Below are positions 17,365 through 26,032 of a DNA stretch of 64,000 nucleotides, one piece after another. This DNA comes from Candidatus Calditenuis fumarioli. GTDB lineage: Archaea; Thermoproteota; Nitrososphaeria_A; Caldarchaeales; Calditenuaceae. Under the pieces are notes generated by a model, which ran no database searches, was not told the DNA's origin, and saw only the letters and a list, made by a program, of their open reading frames with translations. The DNA lies in contig JANVYR010000001.1 of NCBI GenBank assembly GCA_030059665.1, forward strand, positions 384,001 through 448,000. Reading direction: 5' to 3'. Made by a program: the position numbers and the translations under genes. The first letter of the stretch is position 1. Each line of letters starts with the position of its first letter.

Positions 17365-18336
17365 ATGAGGCCCGTATACCGGAGGACGCTCACCTCGATC
17401 GGCAGGAGGTCCTACGCGGTCGTCCTCCCAAAGGAGTGGGTCAGCAAGGTGGGGCTGAATCCCGGCGACTCGATACTGATCGAGGTACAGCACGACAACT
17501 CTCTGCTCCTGCGGCCGATCGCATCCGAACACAGGGCTACACAGCAGGCAGTCAAGGTCATCAGGACAGGAGCCACCCTCAGGAGGGAGATCACCGCCGC
17601 GTACTTGGCCGGTTACGACAGGATCGTGCTGAGGTCCGATGCTCCCCTCTCGAGCGCCGACAGGGAGGTGGTCCGGAGGACCGTCAGGGGTCTCACGGGA
17701 GCGGAGGTGGTATCGGAGAGCAACAACGAGATCGAGATCCAGATCCTCCTGGACACTTCAGCCGTCGAGCCCGAGAAGGTCGCGAGCCGTCAGAACGCGC
17801 TGGTCGCCAACAACATAGAGATCGTCGCCGATGCCATCGACGAGTGGAGCGGTGACAGGGCGAGGGTAGCCATGATGATGGACGAGGAGATCGACCGGCA
17901 CTACTTCACGCTGGTGAGGGCCGTCAGGGCCTACGCGAGGTCCGGACGCCTCCCAACCGTCAGGTTGCTGGACCTCAGGCTGGTCGCGAAGTTCCTGGAG
18001 GACATAGGAGACCGTCTGGTCAGGATCTCCGAGCTGATCGCGTCGAACGGCACATCGAAGCCGCCGGGCGAAGCGCTGAGCTCCGTCGCGGAGAAGGCGA
18101 GGGCCCTCGTCCCAACCCAGAACAGGGCCTTCGAGTCGTTCATGCGCTACGAGGTCGAGCTGGCTGAGGAGGTCATCTCCGAGATCTCGGTCCTGATAGA
18201 TTCCCTATCTTCGCTCGAGAGGATGGAGGGCGTTCAGGTCGACAAAAGGGCCCAGGCGATCGTCAACGAGCTGAAGCGGATAGCCGAGGACCAGATAGAC
18301 ATCGCCGACATAACCACCCCGCTACCCGAGCCCTGA
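17365..18336 (+). CDS. AbrB-PhoU phosphate uptake regulator
   Basis: N-terminal AbrB domain (IGRRSYAVVLPKEWV), AAYLAGYDRI, DEEIDRHY and LEDIGD PhoU helices. Confidence 0.88.
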   Translation: MRPVYRRTLTSIGRRSYAVVLPKEWVSKVGLNPGDSILIEVQHDNSLLLRPIASEHRATQQAVKVIRTGATLRREITAAYLAGYDRIVLRSDAPLSSADREVVRRTVRGLTGAEVVSESNNEIEIQILLDTSAVEPEKVASRQNALVANNIEIVADAIDEWSGDRARVAMMMDEEIDRHYFTLVRAVRAYARSGRLPTVRLLDLRLVAKFLEDIGDRLVRISELIASNGTSKPPGEALSSVAEKARALVPTQNRAFESFMRYEVELAEEVISEISVLIDSLSSLERMEGVQVDKRAQAIVNELKRIAEDQIDIADITTPLPEP

Positions 18337-18339
18337 AGC

Positions 18340-19227
18340 TCAGCCGGTCCCGAACGAGTCGATCTCGATCATCGACCTGCTGACGCCGCCCTTCTCGAGC
18401 TTCTGGAGCATGCCGTCAACGCCCTTTTCCCTGTCGCCAGCGATGAACCTAGCACCGCCGCAGATGCCGTAGTACGCTCCGTCCCAGTCCGGCACCAGCT
18501 CCTTGATGTCGTCGAACACGATGTGCCTCCCCAGCAGCATCCTGACCCGGCCGTTCCGGTCGTCGCCACCGAAGAGCTCCTGCAGTATCTCCTCCTTCGA
18601 GACGTCGTGCTCCCTCGTGAAGTTCACGAGCAGGTGGAGGTCCTTGTACTCGTCCAGCAGCCTCGGGATCAGCCTCCTGTAAATGAAGTCGTTTCTGGTC
18701 CTGTTCACGTACAGCAGATGTATCGAGACCCCGAGCCTCTTGTCGATGGCGTACTCGATGAAGCACTTGAACGGTACTATCCCGCTCGATGCCGCCAGAA
18801 ATACCACCGTTTTCAGCTTGCCCTCGGCTATCATGTTCAGGGCCTTCTTGAGGAACCTGCCGTACGGGCCCTCGATGACGACGAGGTCGCCGATCTTCGC
18901 CAGCTGATGCAAGTAGGGCGCGAAGGTTCCTCCCTCGCTCTTGATCATCAGCTCGAAGTAGCCGTCAGATCTGGTGGGAGAACCGGCGATGGAGTAGAAC
19001 CTGAAGTCTCCCTTCTTCAGGGGAGTGTCGAAGTAGAGCTTGACGTCCTGACCTGGATGGTAATCGAAGATCCTTCTGTCGCCTACGTTCTTGAAGATGT
19101 AGGTCTTCGCCAGCTCCGTCTCCTGGATGACGTCCGTGATCACCATCGGATACTGGTACACCAGCTGGCCGCGTTGGTCGATGACCCTGACCGTACGCCC
19201 GATCGGCTGCTCGATCCCCACGCCCAA
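18340..19227 (-). CDS. Ferredoxin-NAD(P) reductase-like FAD/NAD-binding oxidoreductase
   Basis: PGQ, RFYSIAGSP, EGPYG, LAASSGIVPF, ICGG and terminal DSF motifs. Confidence 0.85.
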   Translation of the reverse strand: MGVGIEQPIGRTVRVIDQRGQLVYQYPMVITDVIQETELAKTYIFKNVGDRRIFDYHPGQDVKLYFDTPLKKGDFRFYSIAGSPTRSDGYFELMIKSEGGTFAPYLHQLAKIGDLVVIEGPYGRFLKKALNMIAEGKLKTVVFLAASSGIVPFKCFIEYAIDKRLGVSIHLLYVNRTRNDFIYRRLIPRLLDEYKDLHLLVNFTREHDVSKEEILQELFGGDDRNGRVRMLLGRHIVFDDIKELVPDWDGAYYGICGGARFIAGDREKGVDGMLQKLEKGGVSRSMIEIDSFGTG

Positions 19228-19376
19228 TGATCACAGCCGCCGGTATTTGATAGTCACAGCCGCCTCGCGGAGAGGCCTGCATGGCAGCGGGGACGCTTTT
19301 TTCGACCGACGCAACCTCCATCATAGCCAATCCTGTTCGTATCACATATATTAGCGCGTTCGGAAAGCCTGTTTCC

Positions 19377-19889
19377 GTGAGCGGGTCCGAACGGAGGACG
19401 GCGACTACTTTTCGGCGCACCTCCTCAACGGTCACGGTCCTGAAAACGATGCTTTTCCCGAGCAGGTACTCGCTAGAGCGGTGGAGTTACACCCTCCAGA
19501 GGATAACGGGCGTCGTGGTCACGCTGTACTTCGTCCTTCACGTCATCGAGACCGGCAACTTCGTCGGCGGCCCCTCGGTCTGGTACGTTCCTCCATACGA
19601 CTACGCCAGAGCTTACTACGAGGAGATCAGAGAGTTCCTTCACAACCCGGTCTTCGACGTCGGACTGGTGATCATCGGATGGATGGTGGCCTTTCACGCG
19701 GTGAACGGTCTGAGGCTCACGCTCGCCCACTTCGGCATAACGCTCGGAAGGCCCTCACGGGTTGAGCCTGAGGCGCCACCGAGGTCGTTCTCGCCGTTCC
19801 AGAGGGCGATCTTCTGGATATCGATAGCCTTGGCGGTCTTCGCGGTGGTCTACAGCCTGAACGCGCTGATGGGGGTGCTCGCGGCGTGA
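19377..19889 (+). CDS. sdhC: Succinate dehydrogenase cytochrome b subunit
   Basis: LQRITG and FHAVNGLRL; start set at GTG 19377, about 27 nt after TATA-like ATATATTA (ATG 19449 is the alternative). Confidence 0.85.
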   Translation: MSGSERRTATTFRRTSSTVTVLKTMLFPSRYSLERWSYTLQRITGVVVTLYFVLHVIETGNFVGGPSVWYVPPYDYARAYYEEIREFLHNPVFDVGLVIIGWMVAFHAVNGLRLTLAHFGITLGRPSRVEPEAPPRSFSPFQRAIFWISIALAVFAVVYSLNALMGVLAA

Positions 19890-20257
19890 GCGAGAGGAGG
19901 CTGATGCTGCTCCACTACGTGACAGGCATCGGCATACTTATCACCGGTGCAGTGCACCTCTGGGTGGTCTTCTTCACGGTTCCGCTGGACCAGACGATCT
20001 GGGAGACGACGATGCTCTTCGACAACCACCCGTTCGCGATCCTGAGCGTTTACCGGAACGCGCTCCTGGCCTCGACCCTCTGGCTTCTCCTGGTCTTCAC
20101 GACCTACCACGCTATGAACGGAATCAGGGTGATCCTGATGGAGCTGATCCCGAACAGAAGTTTCGTCTCCGCCATCAAGTGGGTTCTGATCGCGCTTGGA
20201 CTCTTCCTAGTCGTCTACGGAACAAGGACTATCCTGATAGCTTACAACATCCGGTGA
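19886..20257 (+). CDS. sdhD: Succinate dehydrogenase membrane anchor
   Basis: GTGA overlap with sdhC; LHYVTG, VHL and YHAMNGIR His ligands. Confidence 0.85.
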   Translation: MSERRLMLLHYVTGIGILITGAVHLWVVFFTVPLDQTIWETTMLFDNHPFAILSVYRNALLASTLWLLLVFTTYHAMNGIRVILMELIPNRSFVSAIKWVLIALGLFLVVYGTRTILIAYNIR

Positions 20258-20263
20258 TGGGGC

Positions 20264-20974
20264 ATGGAGGGTAAGGTCGTCTTCACGGTCTTCCGCCACG
20301 ACCCCTCTGCTGGCGAGAGACCGAGGTTCGTCAGGTACGAGGTCCCCTACCGAAGCGGCATGACGGTGCTCGACGGGCTGCTGTACATCAAAGAGAGGAT
20401 CGACCACACCCTCGCCATCAGGTACTCGTGCAGGATGGGAATATGCGGCTCCTGCGGGATGAAGGTGAACGGGCTCCCGAGGCTCGCCTGCTTCACCCAG
20501 GTCTCCGAGCTCGGAAGGTCCATCAAGGTCGAACCGCTCCCTAACCACCCCCTGGTGAGGGACCTCGTCACGGACTTCACTGCTTTCTTCTCGAAGCACC
20601 GCGCGGTCAAACCGTGGCTGATCAGGAAGGACGCGGAGGAGCAGGAGAACCCCACGAGGCAGTACCTCCAGAGCGACCAGGAGCTGGAGCGTTACATACA
20701 GTTCTCCTACTGCATATCATGTGGCCTGTGTTACTCCGCCTGCCCCGTGGTTACCGCGCTCCCCGAGTTCCCAGGTCCTCAGGCGCTGGCTTGGCTTTAC
20801 AGGTTCTACGCCGACAGCAGGGATCAGGGAGGTAGGGAGAGGCTTAGGCTCGTCGACGATGCCACTGGGATCTGGCGCTGCCACTTCGCTGGTTCCTGCA
20901 GCCAGGTCTGCCCGAAGGGCGTCGATCCCGCGCTCGCCATCCAGCTGCTGAGGAGGGCAGTCCTCAGGGGATGA
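20264..20974 (+). CDS. sdhB: Succinate dehydrogenase iron-sulfur subunit
   Basis: SCRMGICGSC (2Fe-2S), CISCGLCYSACP (4Fe-4S) and CHFAGSCSQVCP (3Fe-4S). Confidence 0.95.
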   Translation: MEGKVVFTVFRHDPSAGERPRFVRYEVPYRSGMTVLDGLLYIKERIDHTLAIRYSCRMGICGSCGMKVNGLPRLACFTQVSELGRSIKVEPLPNHPLVRDLVTDFTAFFSKHRAVKPWLIRKDAEEQENPTRQYLQSDQELERYIQFSYCISCGLCYSACPVVTALPEFPGPQALAWLYRFYADSRDQGGRERLRLVDDATGIWRCHFAGSCSQVCPKGVDPALAIQLLRRAVLRG

Positions 20975-21143
20975 TCGCATTATCCGGTTGAACTGCAAAC
21001 TTAGCCTAGGCAACTCACAATCACACGATTGGTGATGTAATTTTTGCTGAGGACGAAATAAAAATAACGGCACCCCAACATTTGGAAACCTGAATGAGGT
21101 TGAAATATCACAAAAACCACAACATAATTGACGGGTGGTGGGA

Positions 21144-21692
21144 ATGGTGCTCGAGTTGCTCCTGGACCTGGTGATAGCGGTCGTCCAGCTGATCCTGGCG
21201 GTGGCGCTGGCGCTGTTCAGCATAACGTTGGCGCTGAACGTCCTCGACAGGACTACGAAGGGAATCAACGAGTTCGAGGAACTCAGGAACAAGAACCTCG
21301 CGGTCGGCGTTTACATAGCGGGGATCCTGATCGCGGTCGCCAACGTCATAGGACAGGCCGTCTCCGGAATCAGCAAGTCCGTTGTTCCGGGCCAGTTCAA
21401 CGCCGCTGCCCTCATCGGCGGCCTCATCCAGCTCTTCATCGGCCTGCCGCTGGCGCTTGTCCTGGTGGTCTGGGCGCAGAACAGGGTGTACGGCTGGCTT
21501 GTGAAGGCCGCGGAGAAGATACCCGGCGTGGACATCAAGGAGTTCACCGTTGAGGCCGAGCTGAAGCGGGGGAACGTCGCGATCGCTGTCCTGCTCTTCG
21601 GCACCTTCGTCGCCATCTCCCTCGTCATAAGCCAGGGCATTTCCTTCCTCTCCGAGCCCATAGCCTCGGCGATAACGAGGCTGTTCCGCTGA
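21144..21692 (+). CDS. DUF350-like membrane protein (internally duplicated)
   Basis: Two repeats, EELRNKNLAVGV and AELKRGNVAIAV, each between TM helices. Confidence 0.75.
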   Translation: MVLELLLDLVIAVVQLILAVALALFSITLALNVLDRTTKGINEFEELRNKNLAVGVYIAGILIAVANVIGQAVSGISKSVVPGQFNAAALIGGLIQLFIGLPLALVLVVWAQNRVYGWLVKAAEKIPGVDIKEFTVEAELKRGNVAIAVLLFGTFVAISLVISQGISFLSEPIASAITRLFR

Positions 21693-21893
21693 GCCCCGAA
21701 TCGACTGCAGAGGTCACCCAGGATTTCTTCAGAACCTCGGCATTTTTCATGCATCTCATTCGAGTTAGCGTTCTCCATCCATTTGTCGACGGTCGTGATC
21801 GAGTCTGTTGGGTTCCGGGTTCGGAACGACGAAGAGACTGGACTCGTTCGACATAAAACGCGCTTAAATACCGAGCAGATCCGCGAAATTCCG

Positions 21894-22349
21894 GTGTCGC
21901 ACGTGAAACAGGTCGACATCTCCCACAAGCCGTTTGTGCTCAGGGAGGCCGTCGCCGAGGGGTATCTGCGCCTGAGGCCGGAGACGATTGAGCGGATCAG
22001 AAAGGGGGAGGTTGAGAAGGGCGATCCCCTGCAGCTGGCCCAGCTCGGCGGGATCATCGCCGCGAAGGAGACGCCACGGCTCCTCCCCCTATGTCACCCC
22101 ATCAGGATCGAGTCGGTCAACGTCGAGGTCGCGATCGACGAGGAGAGGTCCGCGGTCCGCGCTAGGGCCACGGTGAGGGCTCTTGAGCAGACGGGCGTCG
22201 AGATGGAGGCGCTCGCGGCCGTCGTTGGAGCGCTGCTGAACGTCTGGGACGCGGTGAAGCAGTACGAGAAGGACGAATCAGGTCAGTATCCAGTCACAGA
22301 GCTGGTGAACGTCAGGGTGGTGAGGAAGGTGAAGAGCGGGGTGGGGTGA
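21894..22349 (+). CDS. moaC: Cyclic pyranopterin monophosphate synthase MoaC
   Basis: From GTG 21894: QVDISHK...REAVAEG, KGDP, AAKETPRLLPLCHPI and TGVEMEAL. Confidence 0.93.
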   Translation: MSHVKQVDISHKPFVLREAVAEGYLRLRPETIERIRKGEVEKGDPLQLAQLGGIIAAKETPRLLPLCHPIRIESVNVEVAIDEERSAVRARATVRALEQTGVEMEALAAVVGALLNVWDAVKQYEKDESGQYPVTELVNVRVVRKVKSGVG

Positions 22350-22353
22350 GCGC

Positions 22354-23145
22354 GTGCCCGATCGCCTTCTGATGCTGGGTACCGGTACGCTGAAACCCGG
22401 CCCTGGAAGGTACGGCGCAGGGGTCCTCCTCGAGGTCCGAGGGAGGAGATTGCTCCTCGACTGCGGCCCGTCCGTGGTCCAGAAGCTCTACAACGCTGGA
22501 ATAGACGCGACGGAGCTCGACGCAATTTTCCTCTCGCACTTCCACGTCGACCACACCTCCGACCTTCCGGACCTCATCTCGTCGCTCGCCGCCGACGCCC
22601 GAGGTTACCCGAGGAGACCGGAGAACCCTGTGAAGCTCATCGGTCCTCCAGGACTCGTGAGGTTCCTGGGAGCGTTGCTGGAGTCTAACCCGTTCTACAG
22701 CTACGTCGCCGAGTGGAACCGGATGCTGCGCCTTGTGGAACCGGTCGAGGTGGATGAGGGCTCCGAGGTGAGGCTGGGGGAGCTGGTCCTCCGCTTCGCT
22801 CCGGTCGACCACCCCAACGGCTTCGCGGTGCGGGTTGATGCAGGCAATATCTCGGTCATCTACTCCGGCGACACGGCCCCGACCCCTTCGGTCGTCAGGC
22901 TGGCCGCAGGCTCCGATTTTCTGGTCCACGAGTGCACCTTCCCCTCGGAGAGGCTGATGGGCCAGCACACATCTGAGCAAGGGCTTGCGGAGGTTGCGTC
23001 CCGGTCATCCCCTCGTACCTTGGTCGTGACGCATCTCTCACCAGCGTGGACCGGTAGGGAGCACGAGATCGTCGATGCCGTGAGGGCGTCCTTCAGGGGC
23101 AGAGTGGTGGTGGCCCGGGACATGCTAGAGATCCCGTTGACCTGA
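22354..23145 (+). CDS. MBL-fold metallohydrolase (RNase Z/BN-like)
   Basis: LGTG, LLDCG, SHFHVDH, YSGDT, LVHECT and THL motifs. Confidence 0.88.
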   Translation: MPDRLLMLGTGTLKPGPGRYGAGVLLEVRGRRLLLDCGPSVVQKLYNAGIDATELDAIFLSHFHVDHTSDLPDLISSLAADARGYPRRPENPVKLIGPPGLVRFLGALLESNPFYSYVAEWNRMLRLVEPVEVDEGSEVRLGELVLRFAPVDHPNGFAVRVDAGNISVIYSGDTAPTPSVVRLAAGSDFLVHECTFPSERLMGQHTSEQGLAEVASRSSPRTLVVTHLSPAWTGREHEIVDAVRASFRGRVVVARDMLEIPLT

Positions 23146-23175
23146 TGCAACGGCCTTCCGTCCCCTCCCACCGCC

Positions 23176-23703
23176 TCACGATCCCTTCACGAGCTCCGGC
23201 AGCCTCACCCCCCTCTGACCCTGGTACCTGCCCTGATAGGGGCGCTCGACCTCCGAGGTCAGCTTCGCGAAGACCACGTGGAGGAAACGCTGTCCGGCGT
23301 AGAGCCTCACCGGGAACTCTCCCCCCACCATCTCGATCGTGAGCTGCCCCTCGAAGTTGGCGTCGATTATCGTGGGCGGTATCGAGAGGCCCAGCCTCGC
23401 GAAGGTGCTCCTGAGGTTGACGAACCCCATCAGGTCCCTCGGCATCGAGATGTACTCGATGGTGTGGAGGAGGACGTGCTCCCTCGGCCCCACGACGAAG
23501 GAATCGCCTCTCTCTATCCGGTAGAAGCCCGAGACGTCGCCGTCCCTCGTGTCGAGGACGGCATCGGTGCTCTTCAGTCGGGCGATCTCGCCGCCTATCC
23601 TCAGGTCCAGGCCGTTCTCCCTGACCGTGTCCTCGAATATCGGCTCGACCCTGAGCCTCCCGCTCCTGATGTAGTTCCACAGGTCGAAGTCCGACAGTAT
23701 CAT
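23176..23703 (-). CDS. dcd: dCTP deaminase
   Basis: [32 protein letters not shown] and YQGQRGV. Confidence 0.92.
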   Translation of the reverse strand: MILSDFDLWNYIRSGRLRVEPIFEDTVRENGLDLRIGGEIARLKSTDAVLDTRDGDVSGFYRIERGDSFVVGPREHVLLHTIEYISMPRDLMGFVNLRSTFARLGLSIPPTIIDANFEGQLTIEMVGGEFPVRLYAGQRFLHVVFAKLTSEVERPYQGRYQGQRGVRLPELVKGS

Positions 23704-23756
23704 CCTTTCAGGTGAAATGAAGGGCAGAACGTAAAAAATCGGCTGGCAGAGCTGGT

Positions 23757-24245
23757 TTAGCCCCGTTTCCCGGTGATACCTCGTCCTTTATCGGCGTATT
23801 CTTCCCCCGGGCGCCAAGCAGCGGTCGTCACCGAGGACCTGTCGGCGTAGTGCTGAACCACCCACTCCGGCTTAAGAGATCTGACTATGTGCTCGAATGC
23901 GGCTTTGGGGTCGCTGTGGTCGCCGCATGTGAAGACGTCGACTGTGGCGTACCTGTACTCCGGCCAGGTGTGGATGGCGATGTGGCTCTCGGTGATCAGC
24001 GCCAGCACCGACACCCCTCCCTTCACCCCCTCTACCTTCCAGGTCTTGACCTCCATCAGCGTGGCCCTCGCGATGCCAACCGCCTCCCTCACCAGCCTCT
24101 CGATTAGCCGCTCGTCCGCAAGCGCCTTCGGGTCGCAGCCGTACAGGTTACCGTAGACGTGTTTTCCTATGATGGGTTGCATATCGGCTTTGAGGACCTG
24201 CTGCCGTCCGACCGAACCAGTCCCGTCCAACTTCTTCCTTGTCAT
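23757..24245 (-). CDS. speD: Pyruvoyl-dependent AdoMetDC-family proenzyme (arginine or SAM decarboxylase)
   Basis: GKHVYGNLY, the ES|H cleavage site in [17 protein letters not shown] and YADRSS; a TATA-like TTTATTA about 25 nt upstream supports the 24245 start. Confidence 0.88.
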   Translation of the reverse strand: MTRKKLDGTGSVGRQQVLKADMQPIIGKHVYGNLYGCDPKALADERLIERLVREAVGIARATLMEVKTWKVEGVKGGVSVLALITESHIAIHTWPEYRYATVDVFTCGDHSDPKAAFEHIVRSLKPEWVVQHYADRSSVTTAAWRPGEEYADKGRGITGKRG

Positions 24246-24437
24246 CGGACGTCGTTTGCGTTTTCTAATAAATCGTGCGTCCAGGGCTTTCGCCTGAAGG
24301 TCGAATCGTCTCCAATTCGGTCAGCCCAGCCCCACCTACCCCAGCCATCCACCAGCCTGCTGGACTCAGATCCTCGCAGACAGGCGAGTGGGGCTTTGAA
24401 GTTGTTTACCATAAACCGTTGATCGTTTATGTTCAAA

Positions 24438-24795
24438 GTTTTACCTTAACCGAGAGATTGGGAGACCAGCGTTGCAGATCGTGTTCAGGCAGGAGATCCG
24501 GAGAGATTACAGCTAATTCCATCTAACTTGAATTAGGATGAAAATGTTCGCAGCTTTTAAGGATGCTTTTGGGATTTGTTCCTAATGGACTGCGCAAACC
24601 ATCTTCATAGGCAGGGGGCACGGAACTTGACACCTTCCAATTGATAAGGGTGACCCGAAACACAACGTCCTCCGTCGGGCCAGCCAAACGGATCGGTTGG
24701 GGGAATGTAGTCTGGATCACCATTTCAATCTCATTTGAATTATCAAGATCGTGTGGCTGATCGGTTTTACCTTACACGTAAAACGTTTAACCTTA
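24438..24795 (+). repeat. Three dispersed copies of GTTT(T/A)ACCTTA in a 575-bp intergenic region
   Basis: Copies at 24438-24448, 24764-24774 and 24785-24795; inverted repeat CATAAAC/GTTTATG at 24410-24431. Confidence 0.5.
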
Positions 24796-24820
24796 AAACT
24801 CAACAACGATCACTACCACC

Positions 24821-25159
24821 ATGCCCGAGAGGGGCGGGAAGGGGGGCAAGCTGAGCAACAAGGGAAGGCAGGAGCGGAGGTCGGGCGAGGTGACTAAACC
24901 CCAGATCGACAAGAAGGTGTTGCAGGTGAGCGTCTCGCAGGCGGTTTCCCAGCCGAGATTGGCCTTCTATTCGCCGGTGGCTGCGGCGGTGCTGAACTAC
25001 CTGAAGAACACCCAGCCGAGGTTCAGCATCAGCAGCGAGCTGGCGAGGCTCGTCGAGGCGGACCTCGCAAGGAGGTACCCATTGCTGGTCTCACACGTTA
25101 AAAGGGCGTTGGAGGCGAAGGGGCTCAGGAGGAGGGCGAAGGGCAGTGGAGCCGGGTGA
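24821..25159 (+). CDS. Small basic hypothetical protein
   Basis: 112 aa with coding-like codon use; overlaps the start of the next gene. Confidence 0.65.
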   Translation: MPERGGKGGKLSNKGRQERRSGEVTKPQIDKKVLQVSVSQAVSQPRLAFYSPVAAAVLNYLKNTQPRFSISSELARLVEADLARRYPLLVSHVKRALEAKGLRRRAKGSGAG

Positions 25160-25955
25160 CCTGATCAGGTCGGCGCTGACCAGAGCGATGGAGGTTTACC
25201 GGGACCTGGCGAGGAAGGGCACCGCCAGCCAGCGGGTCAGGAGGGGGAGCTTCGGAGACATGGCGATGGTGGCAGACCTGATGTGCGAGGAGGCGATAAT
25301 GAGGGAGCTGGCCAGGTCACTCGACCTGAGGAGGTGCACGGTCGTCGCAGAGGAGTCGGGGATCATCAACGCCGAGTCCGAGCAGGAGCTGGTTGTTTTG
25401 ATAGACCCGGTGGACGGCAGCACCAACATGCGTCGGGGCATGAGGCACTTCGGAGCTGGTATAGCCATCGCGTCATCGTCCAAGTTCAGGGACGTCTTCG
25501 CCGCCGGCGTGCTGGACTTCGTCAGCGGGGAGCTGGTGCTGGCCACAGAGGACAACGTCGTTCTGCCCGAGGGTTCGAAGGGACCATCGAACGTTGAGGA
25601 CCTGCGCGAGTCCGTAGTGACGCTCGACTTCAGGGCTGCCAAGAGGGGACCGAGGGACGTGGAGAGGTACCTGAGGCTCGTGCGGGCGCTGAAGCACGTG
25701 AGGAACCTCGGGTCGTCGCTGGTGGAGCTGGAGCAGATAGCGCTGGGCGTCCTGGACGCCTACGTCTGCATCACCCCGGAGATGAGGGTGTTCGACATCG
25801 TACCAGGGATGTACGTCCTCAAGAAACTCGGGTGTCCCCTCTGGACGGGCGACGGTGACCCCGAGGAGCTCGAGCTGGTGACTCGCAACCGCTATCCGCT
25901 GATCGCCGCAAGCAACAGAATTCTGCTGCAGCGGATCCTCGAGGAGATCAGTTGA
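25146..25955 (+). CDS. suhB: Inositol monophosphatase / FBPase family protein
   Basis: ADLMCEE, AEESG, IDPVDGSTN, RNLGS and FDI motifs. Confidence 0.88.
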   Translation: MEPGDLIRSALTRAMEVYRDLARKGTASQRVRRGSFGDMAMVADLMCEEAIMRELARSLDLRRCTVVAEESGIINAESEQELVVLIDPVDGSTNMRRGMRHFGAGIAIASSSKFRDVFAAGVLDFVSGELVLATEDNVVLPEGSKGPSNVEDLRESVVTLDFRAAKRGPRDVERYLRLVRALKHVRNLGSSLVELEQIALGVLDAYVCITPEMRVFDIVPGMYVLKKLGCPLWTGDGDPEELELVTRNRYPLIAASNRILLQRILEEIS

Positions 25956-26032
25956 GCGCTGATAGCCGGTTTTCAGCGTTGGCGGAGTCAAAAACGCTTA
26001 ATACAAATCGTGAGGGTTGAAGCGTTAAGGAA

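Noticed and set aside
21812-21827. Hairpin GTTCCG-GGTT-CGGAAC resembling a tRNA T-arm
   Set aside because: No acceptor, D or anticodon arms can be folded around it.
24246-24820. Replication origin hypothesis for the long intergenic region
   Set aside because: No ORB-like TTCCA..GGAAA/G-string repeats and no cdc6 or whiP gene nearby; kept only as an unexplained gap.
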